A DNA stretch of 64,000 nt from Bacteroidia bacterium (GTDB taxonomy: Bacteria > Bacteroidota > Bacteroidia > M30B66): NCBI GenBank assembly GCA_965279035.1, contig OZ257142.1, positions 960,001-1,024,000 on the forward strand. Direction: 5' to 3'. Shown here piece by piece: positions 50,201-58,242 of the stretch. The notes beneath the pieces were generated by a model. It was not told the DNA's origin. It made no database searches and saw nothing but the letters and a program-made list of their open reading frames with translations. Positions within the stretch are counted from its first letter, which is position 1. Each line of letters begins with the position of its first letter. A program made the translations under genes and the position numbers.

Positions 50201-50284
50201 CTCGTTAATCACCACTTGCCCAAACGATGAATAGGTCACTAGAATAAGCAATATGATGAAATATGAACGTAGTAGTTTTAACAT
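47276..50284 (-). CDS. Secreted CotH-family kinase with lamin-tail, Fn3-like and three Ig-like repeats, and a T9SS type B CTD
   Basis: VINEF/DWIELYN, IRYTTDGSEP, YINGQYWGLYEIRE, NSDW..N, WDMD, and CTD IPTAFTPNGDGLNE...YNRWG...WDG. Confidence 0.85.
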   Translation of the reverse strand: MLKLLRSYFIILLILVTYSSFGQVVINEFSCSNISTIADDYGNYEDWIELYNPTGAAINIGGNFLSDNVANPTKWQIPAGTTIASNGYMIFFASGRDISTGLSFHTNFKLTQTNNETIIFADAGGAITDQVITTPARANNSRGRIPNGSATWGIFATPTPGTANGTGYTSYTTTPTMSLAAGIYPGAINVSLSSPDAGVTIRYTTDGSEPTTTSASYSAPIAISTSTALRARAFPASASILAGFTETNTYLIGVSHTIPIVSLSSDQYTNLFNSGVQEINSTIEYFTSSGTQQFESYGDVNGHGNDSWAYPQKGVDFIVRDQLGYDDKIDYQVFPTKPRAQFQRLILKAAASDNYPFTWGSGGGCHLRDAYIQSLAQTAHMNVDLRTNDHCALYINGQYWGLYEIREKVNDPDYTNYYWNQKEEDLDLLSFWGGLTVRYGSDTDWNDLYGYIMSNDLSINANYNSVASRLDLASVIDYIILNSWAVNSDWINWNTMWWRGRGTPNVKWKYALWDMDNTFDLGQNYSGWPSTDYTTDPCALDNNFQNAGPDEGHLDIYNRLMANPAFKQRFVNRYAEMISTYLNCDFALAHFDSIVNHITPEMSNQITRWGGTMTEWQSHLSYMRNQISNRCQYIANQGVINCYDVNGPFNLAFNVSPAASGTIRFNELNIASYPWSGTYFGGVEGEIEATPATNYEFWYWEIFHSDLTTDSTDALNSFMIQASDSIVAHFRVIEINTITYIVEPPGSGTISINGISPASYPYTTTYNEGFSLSLSATPSTNYEFVWYESSYHPFTPDSATIDASFISDSTDTIIIHFKPLQTWFLTVLVDPPGAGTVNINGTWIQNYPTTFEYFPGTPVTTDANPTDIYLFSHWTLENTVLSDDSSMSVNGCIVDTTDTLTAHFLLKEIIPQTMYIPTAFTPNGDGLNEWFQCYHTETVLKGNVMIYNRWGEELYQSNNLDFKWDGKQANVDLPQGVYYYVLNYYLKKDYFETATGKIVLTR

Positions 50285-50313
50285 TTTTCCAATCTATGGG
50301 CATGTACAATTTT

Positions 50314-50321
50314 CAAAAATA
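50314..50321 (-). promoter_or_regulatory. -7 element upstream of the CotH gene
   Basis: TATTTTTG on the minus strand, about 30 nt before the ATG. Confidence 0.5.
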
Positions 50322-50386
50322 AGAAAATGTTCTCACCTATATGATTAAATTGTTAAATCTCTTTCGTGCCCATCTTCCCAAAATTG

Positions 50387-52720
50387 TCAAAATTCAAAAC
50401 GATAACTTAGTGTTGGAATAATACCAGCTTGAGTCACAACGTCAAGTTTACGAGTGTCTTCATTATAAAAACGGCTATACTCGTTCAAATGATTCGTTAC
50501 ATTTTGAATGTCGATTTTCCAGACGCGTGTTGTCTTTTTCTTATTGATCGTATAGCTTATTCCTAAATCGGTTCTCCAATAGGCTGATGCTTGTAATTGA
50601 TTGACGTTGTAATTATCATAAATGCCGTATCCTTTCTCAATAGACTCTTGCAATAAAATCGGAGTATATCTTCTTCCCCCAGCGAAAACGGCTCTTAAAT
50701 TTATACTCAATGTATTTCGTTCCCCAATTTTAAATTCTTTTCCTGCGAGTAAACTGCTTGCATAATTTCCATTAAAGGAGGTGTTTCTAAGAACCCCATC
50801 AGAGCCACGGTATTTCGAATCATACAAGGAACCAGTTGCCATAAAATAATAACGTTTCGAGAAGTACTTTTCTAAGGTCATCTCAATTCCATAATTCCTA
50901 CCTGTTCCAGTATTCTTTGCAGAAATCGTTGTAAATCCTTGTGACATATTAATCATTGATAAACCATTGGATTGTGTTTTATCAACCGGAATTGAATATA
51001 AATCTTGGTAATACGTTTCCATTTTCAGATGCAATTGTTTCGTGAGCATTGTTTCATACCCTAAAACATAATGTCTTGATTTGGAATAACCTAAGTTTCT
51101 ATTTGGTGTTATAAAGCTTCCATCAGCTTGTTGAACTTGTCCATAATAAACTGGTAAATCTTCTAAGCGACTATGAAGTCCAATACCGGCACTTAAAACC
51201 TGAGTTCCTTTAAAATTCCATTTTACACCTAAACGAGGTTCGAATGCTTGTGAGTTATTGAGTAAAAAACGAGAATAATGTATTCCTGTATTCATTGTCC
51301 ATCTTTCGTTCATTCGATATTGCCAATTCGCAAAGGCCTGAATTAGCCCCGAATTTCCTGATTTATCTAAATTGATTGTTGGTTTATTTAATTCATAATC
51401 ATACGAAATTGATTTCATAGAATAATTCAATTTACTTGCAATGAAACCTGCTTTAATGCTGTGTTTTCGATCAAATTTATGATTGAATGTAAATGAAGCT
51501 CGAGCAGCAGCATTTAAAAAATGTTCGTTGGTTTCTTCATGAATAAAATGAGCAAGTGAATCATAACGATTACTCACATAATCATTACTATTTCCAGTGA
51601 ATGCAACAACTGTTTTAATCCAAGTTTTATCGTTAAATAAATAGCTGTGTGTAATTCCAGCAACACCTAATTTCGTTTTATAATTACTTCGGTATTGAAT
51701 GTTTTTCCCTATATATTCTTCATGAATTTGGCTAATTCCACCGATGCCAAACAGAGTAAAGTTTCCTAATTTTTTAGTGGGTAGATTAACATTATATGAG
51801 AGATCTTGAAACACTGGAATCGCATCACCCACTATTTTAACTCCTAATTTTTGGAGAAGCGAAAGCGAAGAATAACGGTAATTAATCAAGTATGAACCAG
51901 CATATCCTTTCTTAAAAGGACCTTCTATTGCTGCATCAGTTCCAATCACTCCAATTTGTAAGGCGGTTTCTCGTTTTTCGTTATTGCCTTTCCGAAGTCG
52001 AATGTCAAAAACACCGGATGCTGCATTGCCGTAATCGGCAGGGAAAGCTCCGGTTAAGAAATCAGAATTCGCCATCATATTAATACTTAACATGCTGATT
52101 GCTCCACCTGCAGATCCTTGATTGGAGAAGTGGTTTGGATTGGGAATTTCAATTCCTTCCATGCGCCATAACAATCCGCGTGGTGAATTTCCGCGTACAA
52201 CTATTTCATTCGAACCATCCGAATTGCTTGTTACTCCGGCAAAAGATAAAGCCATTCGCCCCGGATCATTTAATGCACCTGCATAGCGTTTGGTTTCTTC
52301 TACCGAAAACTGACGTGCGCTAACAGAAGTCAATTCATTAATCGCTTCTGATTTATTGTTCCCAACAGCACTTATTTCAACTGCTTTTATCTCGGTTATT
52401 CGTTCAACTAATTTCACATTTAAAACTACTTCCTTCCCTGCACCAACAAGCACATTGGGAAGAATTAAATCATTGTAACCAATCAAGGAAATTTTAAGAT
52501 CAACTCTACCAATTGGAACCTGATTTAGTCGAAAATGACCATCGATATCGCTTGTTGTTCCTATTAAAGGGGATGATTTCAATACAATGACACTCGCGCC
52601 GGGTATGATACTTTCGGATGTTTGGTCGATGATTGTCCCTCGAATTGTTTGGAAAAGGTTTTGGGAAATTGCCTGAAATGATTGCATAGCAAAGCATATC
52701 AGAAGAAAATTTCTGAGCAT
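50387..52720 (-). CDS. TonB-dependent receptor (CarboxypepD_reg + plug + barrel; no STN)
   Basis: IRGTIID..GASV, plug NEIVVRGNSP...NPNHF, YGNAASGVFDI, EPRLG, and C-terminal YRFEF. Confidence 0.9.
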   Translation of the reverse strand: MLRNFLLICFAMQSFQAISQNLFQTIRGTIIDQTSESIIPGASVIVLKSSPLIGTTSDIDGHFRLNQVPIGRVDLKISLIGYNDLILPNVLVGAGKEVVLNVKLVERITEIKAVEISAVGNNKSEAINELTSVSARQFSVEETKRYAGALNDPGRMALSFAGVTSNSDGSNEIVVRGNSPRGLLWRMEGIEIPNPNHFSNQGSAGGAISMLSINMMANSDFLTGAFPADYGNAASGVFDIRLRKGNNEKRETALQIGVIGTDAAIEGPFKKGYAGSYLINYRYSSLSLLQKLGVKIVGDAIPVFQDLSYNVNLPTKKLGNFTLFGIGGISQIHEEYIGKNIQYRSNYKTKLGVAGITHSYLFNDKTWIKTVVAFTGNSNDYVSNRYDSLAHFIHEETNEHFLNAAARASFTFNHKFDRKHSIKAGFIASKLNYSMKSISYDYELNKPTINLDKSGNSGLIQAFANWQYRMNERWTMNTGIHYSRFLLNNSQAFEPRLGVKWNFKGTQVLSAGIGLHSRLEDLPVYYGQVQQADGSFITPNRNLGYSKSRHYVLGYETMLTKQLHLKMETYYQDLYSIPVDKTQSNGLSMINMSQGFTTISAKNTGTGRNYGIEMTLEKYFSKRYYFMATGSLYDSKYRGSDGVLRNTSFNGNYASSLLAGKEFKIGERNTLSINLRAVFAGGRRYTPILLQESIEKGYGIYDNYNVNQLQASAYWRTDLGISYTINKKKTTRVWKIDIQNVTNHLNEYSRFYNEDTRKLDVVTQAGIIPTLSYRFEF

Positions 52721-52748
52721 ATGAAACGGGTTGGGTTTTTCGAAAAGG

Positions 52749-54161
52749 TTAAAAACGAATGATTACTTGAGCTCCAGGCCACATTTGAACTCGGGTGTTT
52801 CCATACATTTTATCGGAAACGGTCCATGGAGCAACTGTCGATTCTTGTGATGTTAATTCACTAGAATTGGTGTTAACGACCAGCACATTAAACGTAGGCC
52901 CAGCCGAAATGGCGAAGTGGTTTTTTATCTGCCAAGTAAATCCCAAATGTGCTTTGTTGAGTAAATTCACATGGTTGGTCCATAATCCTCCATTGTTCAC
53001 ATGCATGGCCATCAGATCTAGATTCATTCTAAAACGCCCCGTGCTTATCAGGTTTGAACCAAATCCATATCCCCAGCCCCAATAGAAATTTTTTCCTGGC
53101 ATGGCGCCTAAACTAAAGAGATTATAAAAGAGATCACTACCGGTTTTCCATTGGATTGTAGCTGGAAAAGTTTCGTTTGCACCTAGTTCGAATGCTCTAA
53201 AACCTCCTTTACGAGCTATGCTTAAGAAACCGATGGGAGTTCCGCTTTCCAGTGAATCAGTATAATTGATAAATCCTACTTGAACACCATTTAAACGTTT
53301 GCAAACATTCAAAAATCCTGAAACCTGAGTGCCTGAAATATCATGCGATGCAATATTGGTAAAGCCTGCCACTTGTACTCCATTTACTTGTTGAGCAGCA
53401 TAATTCATAAATCCTGAAATTTGAACTCCTTGCACACTGTCTTCAACCGTATTTACAAAACCGGAGCTTTGAAAACCATCGAGTTTTCCTTTGTTGATAT
53501 TGGCAAATCCAGCACTCTGAAATCCATCCATCGAACCGCTGTTTACATTGGTAAATCCAGCTAATTGAACACCACTCACCGAATCACTCACTACATTACT
53601 AAAACCAGCTAGTTGAATTCCACTCACTCTTTTTTGGTTTACATTGCAGAAACCGGCTAGTTGAATTCCTTCAGTTTCTGCTCCAGTAATATTTGTAAAT
53701 CCAGCTAGCTGAATTCCATGCATTTCGTTGTGCAATACATTCGCAAATCCTGCCATTTCAATGCCGTTCACAGCTCCTCCATAACCAGCAATCATATTCA
53801 TTGAAAACTGATTTCGGCAATGAACGTTGTCCATACCATTGCTACTCACTGGTGGAAGAAAGGAAAATTGAAAAGCTACATTTTTCAATGAATCTTGGTT
53901 TTTCAACTTTGAATTTGGTTCTACAATGTGTGAACTGTCTGCTTTTTCAAGACTCTTCGATTTAAAACTAGGCTTTATTTCATGTTGGATAAATTGACTT
54001 ATGGTGTGAATAAACGTTGTGTCGTTTTTATTTGCTTTTGTATCTACTAGCTGATACACTTGATTGAGTGCTTTGTATAAAGTTGAATCGACTTGTTGTG
54101 ATAACAATCTGTTGCTAGCAAATACGATCAGTAGGGACAGGATGAATAATTTACGTGTCAT
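52749..54161 (-). CDS. Outer-membrane 16-aa-repeat protein (GxQxAGFxN, LA_2272-like) with a small C-terminal beta-barrel
   Basis: Signal peptide, 11 repeats, amphipathic C-terminal strands ending IIRF. Confidence 0.75.
   Translation of the reverse strand: MTRKLFILSLLIVFASNRLLSQQVDSTLYKALNQVYQLVDTKANKNDTTFIHTISQFIQHEIKPSFKSKSLEKADSSHIVEPNSKLKNQDSLKNVAFQFSFLPPVSSNGMDNVHCRNQFSMNMIAGYGGAVNGIEMAGFANVLHNEMHGIQLAGFTNITGAETEGIQLAGFCNVNQKRVSGIQLAGFSNVVSDSVSGVQLAGFTNVNSGSMDGFQSAGFANINKGKLDGFQSSGFVNTVEDSVQGVQISGFMNYAAQQVNGVQVAGFTNIASHDISGTQVSGFLNVCKRLNGVQVGFINYTDSLESGTPIGFLSIARKGGFRAFELGANETFPATIQWKTGSDLFYNLFSLGAMPGKNFYWGWGYGFGSNLISTGRFRMNLDLMAMHVNNGGLWTNHVNLLNKAHLGFTWQIKNHFAISAGPTFNVLVVNTNSSELTSQESTVAPWTVSDKMYGNTRVQMWPGAQVIIRF
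53270..53770 (-). repeat. 48-bp-period coding tandem repeats
   Basis: Recurring ccagcta(g/a)ttgaa(t/c)-like units every 48 nt, encoding GIQLAGF. Boundaries are approximate. Confidence 0.75.
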
Positions 54162-54183
54162 GATTTTTGTTTTTCAAAAGCAA

Positions 54184-54209
54184 GACAATTCAACCCGAAA
54201 TCACCCCTA
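54184..54209 (-). promoter_or_regulatory. Putative ECF sigma promoter TAGGGG-N15-TTGTC
   Basis: Minus strand reads TAGGGG tgatttcgggttgaa TTGTC, 22 nt before the ATG at 54161; same motif and spacing as the copy before fecR. Confidence 0.75.
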
Positions 54210-54272
54210 CGTATTTTTAAAAATGATTTGGTAAATCGTTAGAATGAGTTGATTATTAATGCTATATAAAAT

Positions 54273-54299
54273 AAAAAAAGCCGTCATGTAGACAGCTCT
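54273..54299 (-). terminator. Pirin terminator
   Basis: Minus strand AGAGCTGTC-tacat-GACGGCTTT followed by a U-run. Confidence 0.78.
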
Positions 54300-54319
54300 T
54301 TAAAGAATAATATCAGGAA

Positions 54320-55198
54320 TTAATCTTCTATCAAAACACCCATTTTTCCTAGTTGATAGTCGCGCATGGCTTGCAAAAGTTCTGTTTCATTCGTCATTAC
54401 AAAAGGTCCATGATTCGCCATCGGTTCATTTAAAGGTTTGCCGCTCATAAAAAGCATACGTGTGTTTTCGATGGCTTCGAAACGGATTTCGTTCCCATCT
54501 TTTTTGAAAAGTACCGCATGATGTTTTTCTGCGAGTCCAAATCCATCCACATTGATTTTTCCATCCAGCAAATAAAGGAACGCTTCATGATTTTCAGGTA
54601 GTTGAATGCTTATTTTACCACCAGGCTGAGCTTCTAATGTGGCTGAATTTACTTCTGTCGCCGTTGGAACTGGTCCTTTTAATCCCCACAATTCTCCTGT
54701 CACAATATGGGCTTTCACTTTTCCATCTTGCGAAGTGTATTTAGGAGTGTCTTCGGCAGATACTGGATGATATTCGGGTTGATCCATTTTATGAGCTGCT
54801 GGCGTATTCACCCACATTTGAATGATTTCTTGCCGACTTCCACGTTCATGGATGTCATGTGGTGGTCGTTCGCTATGAATAATCCCCATTCCTGAATTCA
54901 TCCATTGAACACCACCTTCGTAGATAATGCTGTTGTTTCCTCTACTATCACGATGGTGAACGCCACCTTTGAATATGAAAGTGACAGGTGAAAAACCACG
55001 GTGTGGATGCGGTCCAACGCCTTCATCCGCCAGGGAAACATCTTTAGGAATTTCCATATTGGCATGATGGAGTAGGAGGAAAGGATCGGGATAATCTACT
55101 TGATGAGAAGGGAAAGGTTGACGAACACGCAATTTACCCATGGGATATTCTTGAGCATAAAGCAATGCTTTTACGCTACGGAGTTTATTTTCTGACAT
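54320..55198 (-). CDS. Pirin family protein
   Basis: DPFLLLHH, HPHRGF, HRDSRG, GIIHSE, QMWVN and GPFVM; real start MSENK at 55198. Confidence 0.93.
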   Translation of the reverse strand: MSENKLRSVKALLYAQEYPMGKLRVRQPFPSHQVDYPDPFLLLHHANMEIPKDVSLADEGVGPHPHRGFSPVTFIFKGGVHHRDSRGNNSIIYEGGVQWMNSGMGIIHSERPPHDIHERGSRQEIIQMWVNTPAAHKMDQPEYHPVSAEDTPKYTSQDGKVKAHIVTGELWGLKGPVPTATEVNSATLEAQPGGKISIQLPENHEAFLYLLDGKINVDGFGLAEKHHAVLFKKDGNEIRFEAIENTRMLFMSGKPLNEPMANHGPFVMTNETELLQAMRDYQLGKMGVLIED

Positions 55199-55220
55199 AA
55201 TTGAATTCTGTTTATTTGTT

Positions 55221-55230
55221 TGTACGTACA
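55221..55230. promoter_or_regulatory. Palindromic operator candidate TGTACGTACA
   Basis: Perfect 10-bp palindrome 22 nt upstream of the pirin ATG. Confidence 0.45.
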
Positions 55231-55275
55231 TCAATTTGATGCCATGGAAAAATAACTGACAATGTGGCTTTGTTT

Positions 55276-57204
55276 TCAGAAGAAACGAATTCCAGCTTGC
55301 CAACCTATCCAACCGGAAAAGGAAGCATGGGTATTGGAATCACTGAAGATTTCATCTTTACCAATGGAAGGACGATTTTCAAAAATAGCATTCGAATCGA
55401 TGCGGTATACATTGAAAGTTGGACCAGCAAAGAAGCAAATTCGTTTTGCTGGACGATAGCCTAAATAGATTCCAGAACGACCCCATAAATCGGGAGTAAT
55501 TCCTTGTTTGAGCGATTCATTAAAGACAAAGGAACCAACCACATCCAATCCGAAGAAAAACTTTTTTCCTGGGCGAAATTCAGTTCCTGCTCCATAGCCA
55601 AATGTTACGAATGATGGATTGTTGGGGCGAAACATCCCGGCACTAATGACATTGTAAAAACGATGTGTCCCAGTTCGAAGTGTATAAAGCACCTGATTGA
55701 CATCGGATGTTGAGATTTCGAACTGATGCATTCCTTGTCGAACTATGCTGATTAATCCAACAGAAATGCCTTTGATTGTATCGCATACGTTGAATAATCC
55801 AAGTTGACTGCCACCTACTTTACCTGCAATATTGAACAAACTTGAAACTTGCGAACCTCGAATCCAACGTGCGAAATTGGCCAATCCAGCAACCTGAACA
55901 GTAAACGTTGTATCGACCGTAACATTAACACCGCCACTAAGTTGAGCTCCATGCATACTGCCCGTGCTCAGATTTAAGAAACCAGAAACTTGAGTACCAT
56001 AAAAATCTCCTGTTGCTAAATTGGTAAAGCCTGCCAATTGAGCACCTCGTCCCGTTTTGCCGCATAAATTCATAAAGCCAGCAGCTTGAACGCCCGAAAG
56101 TTCTTTCCCAGAAATATTTAAAAAACCAGCAGTTTGAACTCCTCGAACACGGTTTCGAGCCATATTGAAAAATCCAGCAGCCTGAACTCCCTTTAAAGAA
56201 TCTAAAGAAAGATTGTAAAAACCAGCCGTTTGAATACCTCGAATAGCACCGATATTATTATTCATAAATCCAGCAATCTGAATTCCATCAACTTCACCGC
56301 CAGTAATATTCATGAATCCTCCGATTTGCAATCCATGCACATGTTTTCGGGTGATGTTGAAAATTCCTCCAAGTTCAACTCCACTCAAAGCCATCGAATA
56401 ACCTCCCAAAGCATTGAACGAAACATGATTTTCGACCATGCCCGAATAATTCCGGTTACTTCCTAATGTTGGAAGAAAAGAAATCTGAAACGTACGTTGC
56501 TCGTACAAAGGATGATTTTCGGACTGAAATTGTTGCTCTTCCGAAACGACTGCTCTGAATAAGCCATTATCCGCCATTTCGATTGGAATGCTTGCCGGAA
56601 GTGGATTTAATTCTGAAAGAACTGGTAATGGATGAAGTCGAATTTCGGTGGATTTGACTTCTTCGGGGCGAAGTGTAAGTATGGTATCGCGGTAATTTTT
56701 TCTACTAATTAAAACCCGAGAAAAATCGGATTCTGAATTTAAAGGAAGCGTGTAGTTTCCTTGTTTATCGCTTAATGTTGTGTTGAATTCTCCGACTTCG
56801 GTGACCGATGCAGAAGCAATTAATTTCCCTGTTGCTGCATCACGAATTTGTCCGCTTAAAACGTAGGTCTCTTTTAATTTATTTACTCGCTCCTTGGTTT
56901 TTGGGATGATGATTACATGACTTCCTCCAGATCGAAAAATATATCCAGCGCCTAGTGTTTGTTCTAAAGCAAACCGAACCGATTGATTCTGGACTAGAAC
57001 TGAAGTAGTTTTTTTTTCATCAATACCGGAAGCATTATAGCTTAATAAAAAATTGCCTTTTCGCGAAATAGCTTGTAATGCATCGGAAGTAGAAACACGA
57101 TCGAGCTTAAGCGTTATTTTACGAGATAAAGGATCCTCCTGAGCCTGTATATACAGAGGAAAGAGTAATAAAAACGCAACAAGTAGTTTAGCAACCCGGG
57201 CCAT
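55276..57204 (-). CDS. STN + CarboxypepD_reg + 16-aa-repeat outer-membrane protein (non-TBDR signal transducer candidate)
   Basis: STN-like LSRKITL...DALQAI...SYN...VIII, then LSGQIRDAATG...ASV, 13 GxQxxGFxN repeats, and C-terminal strands ending GIRFF. Confidence 0.8.
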   Translation of the reverse strand: MARVAKLLVAFLLLFPLYIQAQEDPLSRKITLKLDRVSTSDALQAISRKGNFLLSYNASGIDEKKTTSVLVQNQSVRFALEQTLGAGYIFRSGGSHVIIIPKTKERVNKLKETYVLSGQIRDAATGKLIASASVTEVGEFNTTLSDKQGNYTLPLNSESDFSRVLISRKNYRDTILTLRPEEVKSTEIRLHPLPVLSELNPLPASIPIEMADNGLFRAVVSEEQQFQSENHPLYEQRTFQISFLPTLGSNRNYSGMVENHVSFNALGGYSMALSGVELGGIFNITRKHVHGLQIGGFMNITGGEVDGIQIAGFMNNNIGAIRGIQTAGFYNLSLDSLKGVQAAGFFNMARNRVRGVQTAGFLNISGKELSGVQAAGFMNLCGKTGRGAQLAGFTNLATGDFYGTQVSGFLNLSTGSMHGAQLSGGVNVTVDTTFTVQVAGLANFARWIRGSQVSSLFNIAGKVGGSQLGLFNVCDTIKGISVGLISIVRQGMHQFEISTSDVNQVLYTLRTGTHRFYNVISAGMFRPNNPSFVTFGYGAGTEFRPGKKFFFGLDVVGSFVFNESLKQGITPDLWGRSGIYLGYRPAKRICFFAGPTFNVYRIDSNAIFENRPSIGKDEIFSDSNTHASFSGWIGWQAGIRFF

Positions 57205-58207
57205 CTAAAAGATACGATTTCGGTTCTTTCACTACAGTAATATTGAATGTTTCGGAAATGATCAGCAGGATGGAAGACAAATCCTGATTCTTGAATGTTG
57301 CAGTTAGTCTGCAATTGGAAGTTTCTTCGTTTTTAAATTGAATGGTTGTACCGAATACTTTTTCTAAAACACTGCAAACAGCTTTCAAATCACTGTTTTC
57401 AAATACCAATGTTTTATCAAACCCAAAGCGGATACTTTCAAGATTTGTTGAATTGGTATGAATGGATTTTCCTTCACCCGAAAAATGTGCTTCTTGTCCG
57501 GGTAATAAAATAACCGCTAAGGAATCACTCGAAGCCTGCTCATGAACACCATCATAAACGAGCACTTTTCCACTGCTCACTTTGATAGAAACATCCTCTT
57601 TTTTATTCGAATTGATGCTGAATGATGTTCCTAAAACACGAACATGTGCATCACCCGCTTGAATCGAAAATGGATTTTTCACATCACGAACAACATCAAA
57701 AAATGCTTCTCCTTTTAAGGTTGTGTTGCGATTGTTTTTGCCAAAGTTTTCGGTGTACGAAATTTCAGAATTGGGTTTTAAAATAACTAAGGTGCTATCA
57801 GGTAGTTTGATTTCTTTTTGAGTATTTCCTGATGCAATGCGAATGACTTCTTCGTTCGAAGAAAAATAATAAAGAATGGAACCAATGCCGATGAGTAAAG
57901 CAAGTCCTGCAGCAATTCTCCAAATCAAATAATTTTTTGCTGGGTTTATTGGAACTACAGTCGCTTCGGTTTTTCCTTGCTCTTGAATTTGAATTTTGAC
58001 TTTTTGAAATGCTTTTATTGAATCAAAACGGGGAGCAGAATCGAGATTACTTGCTTCCCAAATCTTTTTATAAGCAGCTAATTCTGCTTCATTTTCATCG
58101 CTCTCGGCAGCCCAAGTTTCCATCTCACGCATTTCTGCATGACTTGCCTCACCTGCTAAATAGCGAGCAATGAGTGATTCAGGAAAGGATGATTCGGACG
58201 TATTCAT
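57188..58207 (-). CDS. fecR: FecR-family anti-sigma factor
   Basis: LIARYLAGE...W N-terminus, one TM, LPDS.V.L, LKGEAFFDV, VLGTSF and a C-terminal LVFENSDL domain. Confidence 0.92.
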   Translation of the reverse strand: MNTSESSFPESLIARYLAGEASHAEMREMETWAAESDENEAELAAYKKIWEASNLDSAPRFDSIKAFQKVKIQIQEQGKTEATVVPINPAKNYLIWRIAAGLALLIGIGSILYYFSSNEEVIRIASGNTQKEIKLPDSTLVILKPNSEISYTENFGKNNRNTTLKGEAFFDVVRDVKNPFSIQAGDAHVRVLGTSFSINSNKKEDVSIKVSSGKVLVYDGVHEQASSDSLAVILLPGQEAHFSGEGKSIHTNSTNLESIRFGFDKTLVFENSDLKAVCSVLEKVFGTTIQFKNEETSNCRLTATFKNQDLSSILLIISETFNITVVKEPKSYLLDGPGC

Positions 58208-58216
58208 TTAGTATAT

Positions 58217-58242
58217 GACAAGCTTAAGTTCATTTACCCCTA
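58217..58242 (-). promoter_or_regulatory. Putative ECF sigma promoter TAGGGG-N15-TTGTC overlapping the sigma stop codon
   Basis: Minus strand reads TAGGGG taaatgaacttaagc TTGTC, 9 nt before the fecR ATG. Confidence 0.75.

Noticed and set aside
53270-56390. Periodic DNA repeats as a CRISPR array
   Set aside because: They are degenerate, in-frame 48-bp coding repeats without unique spacers, and no cas genes are present.
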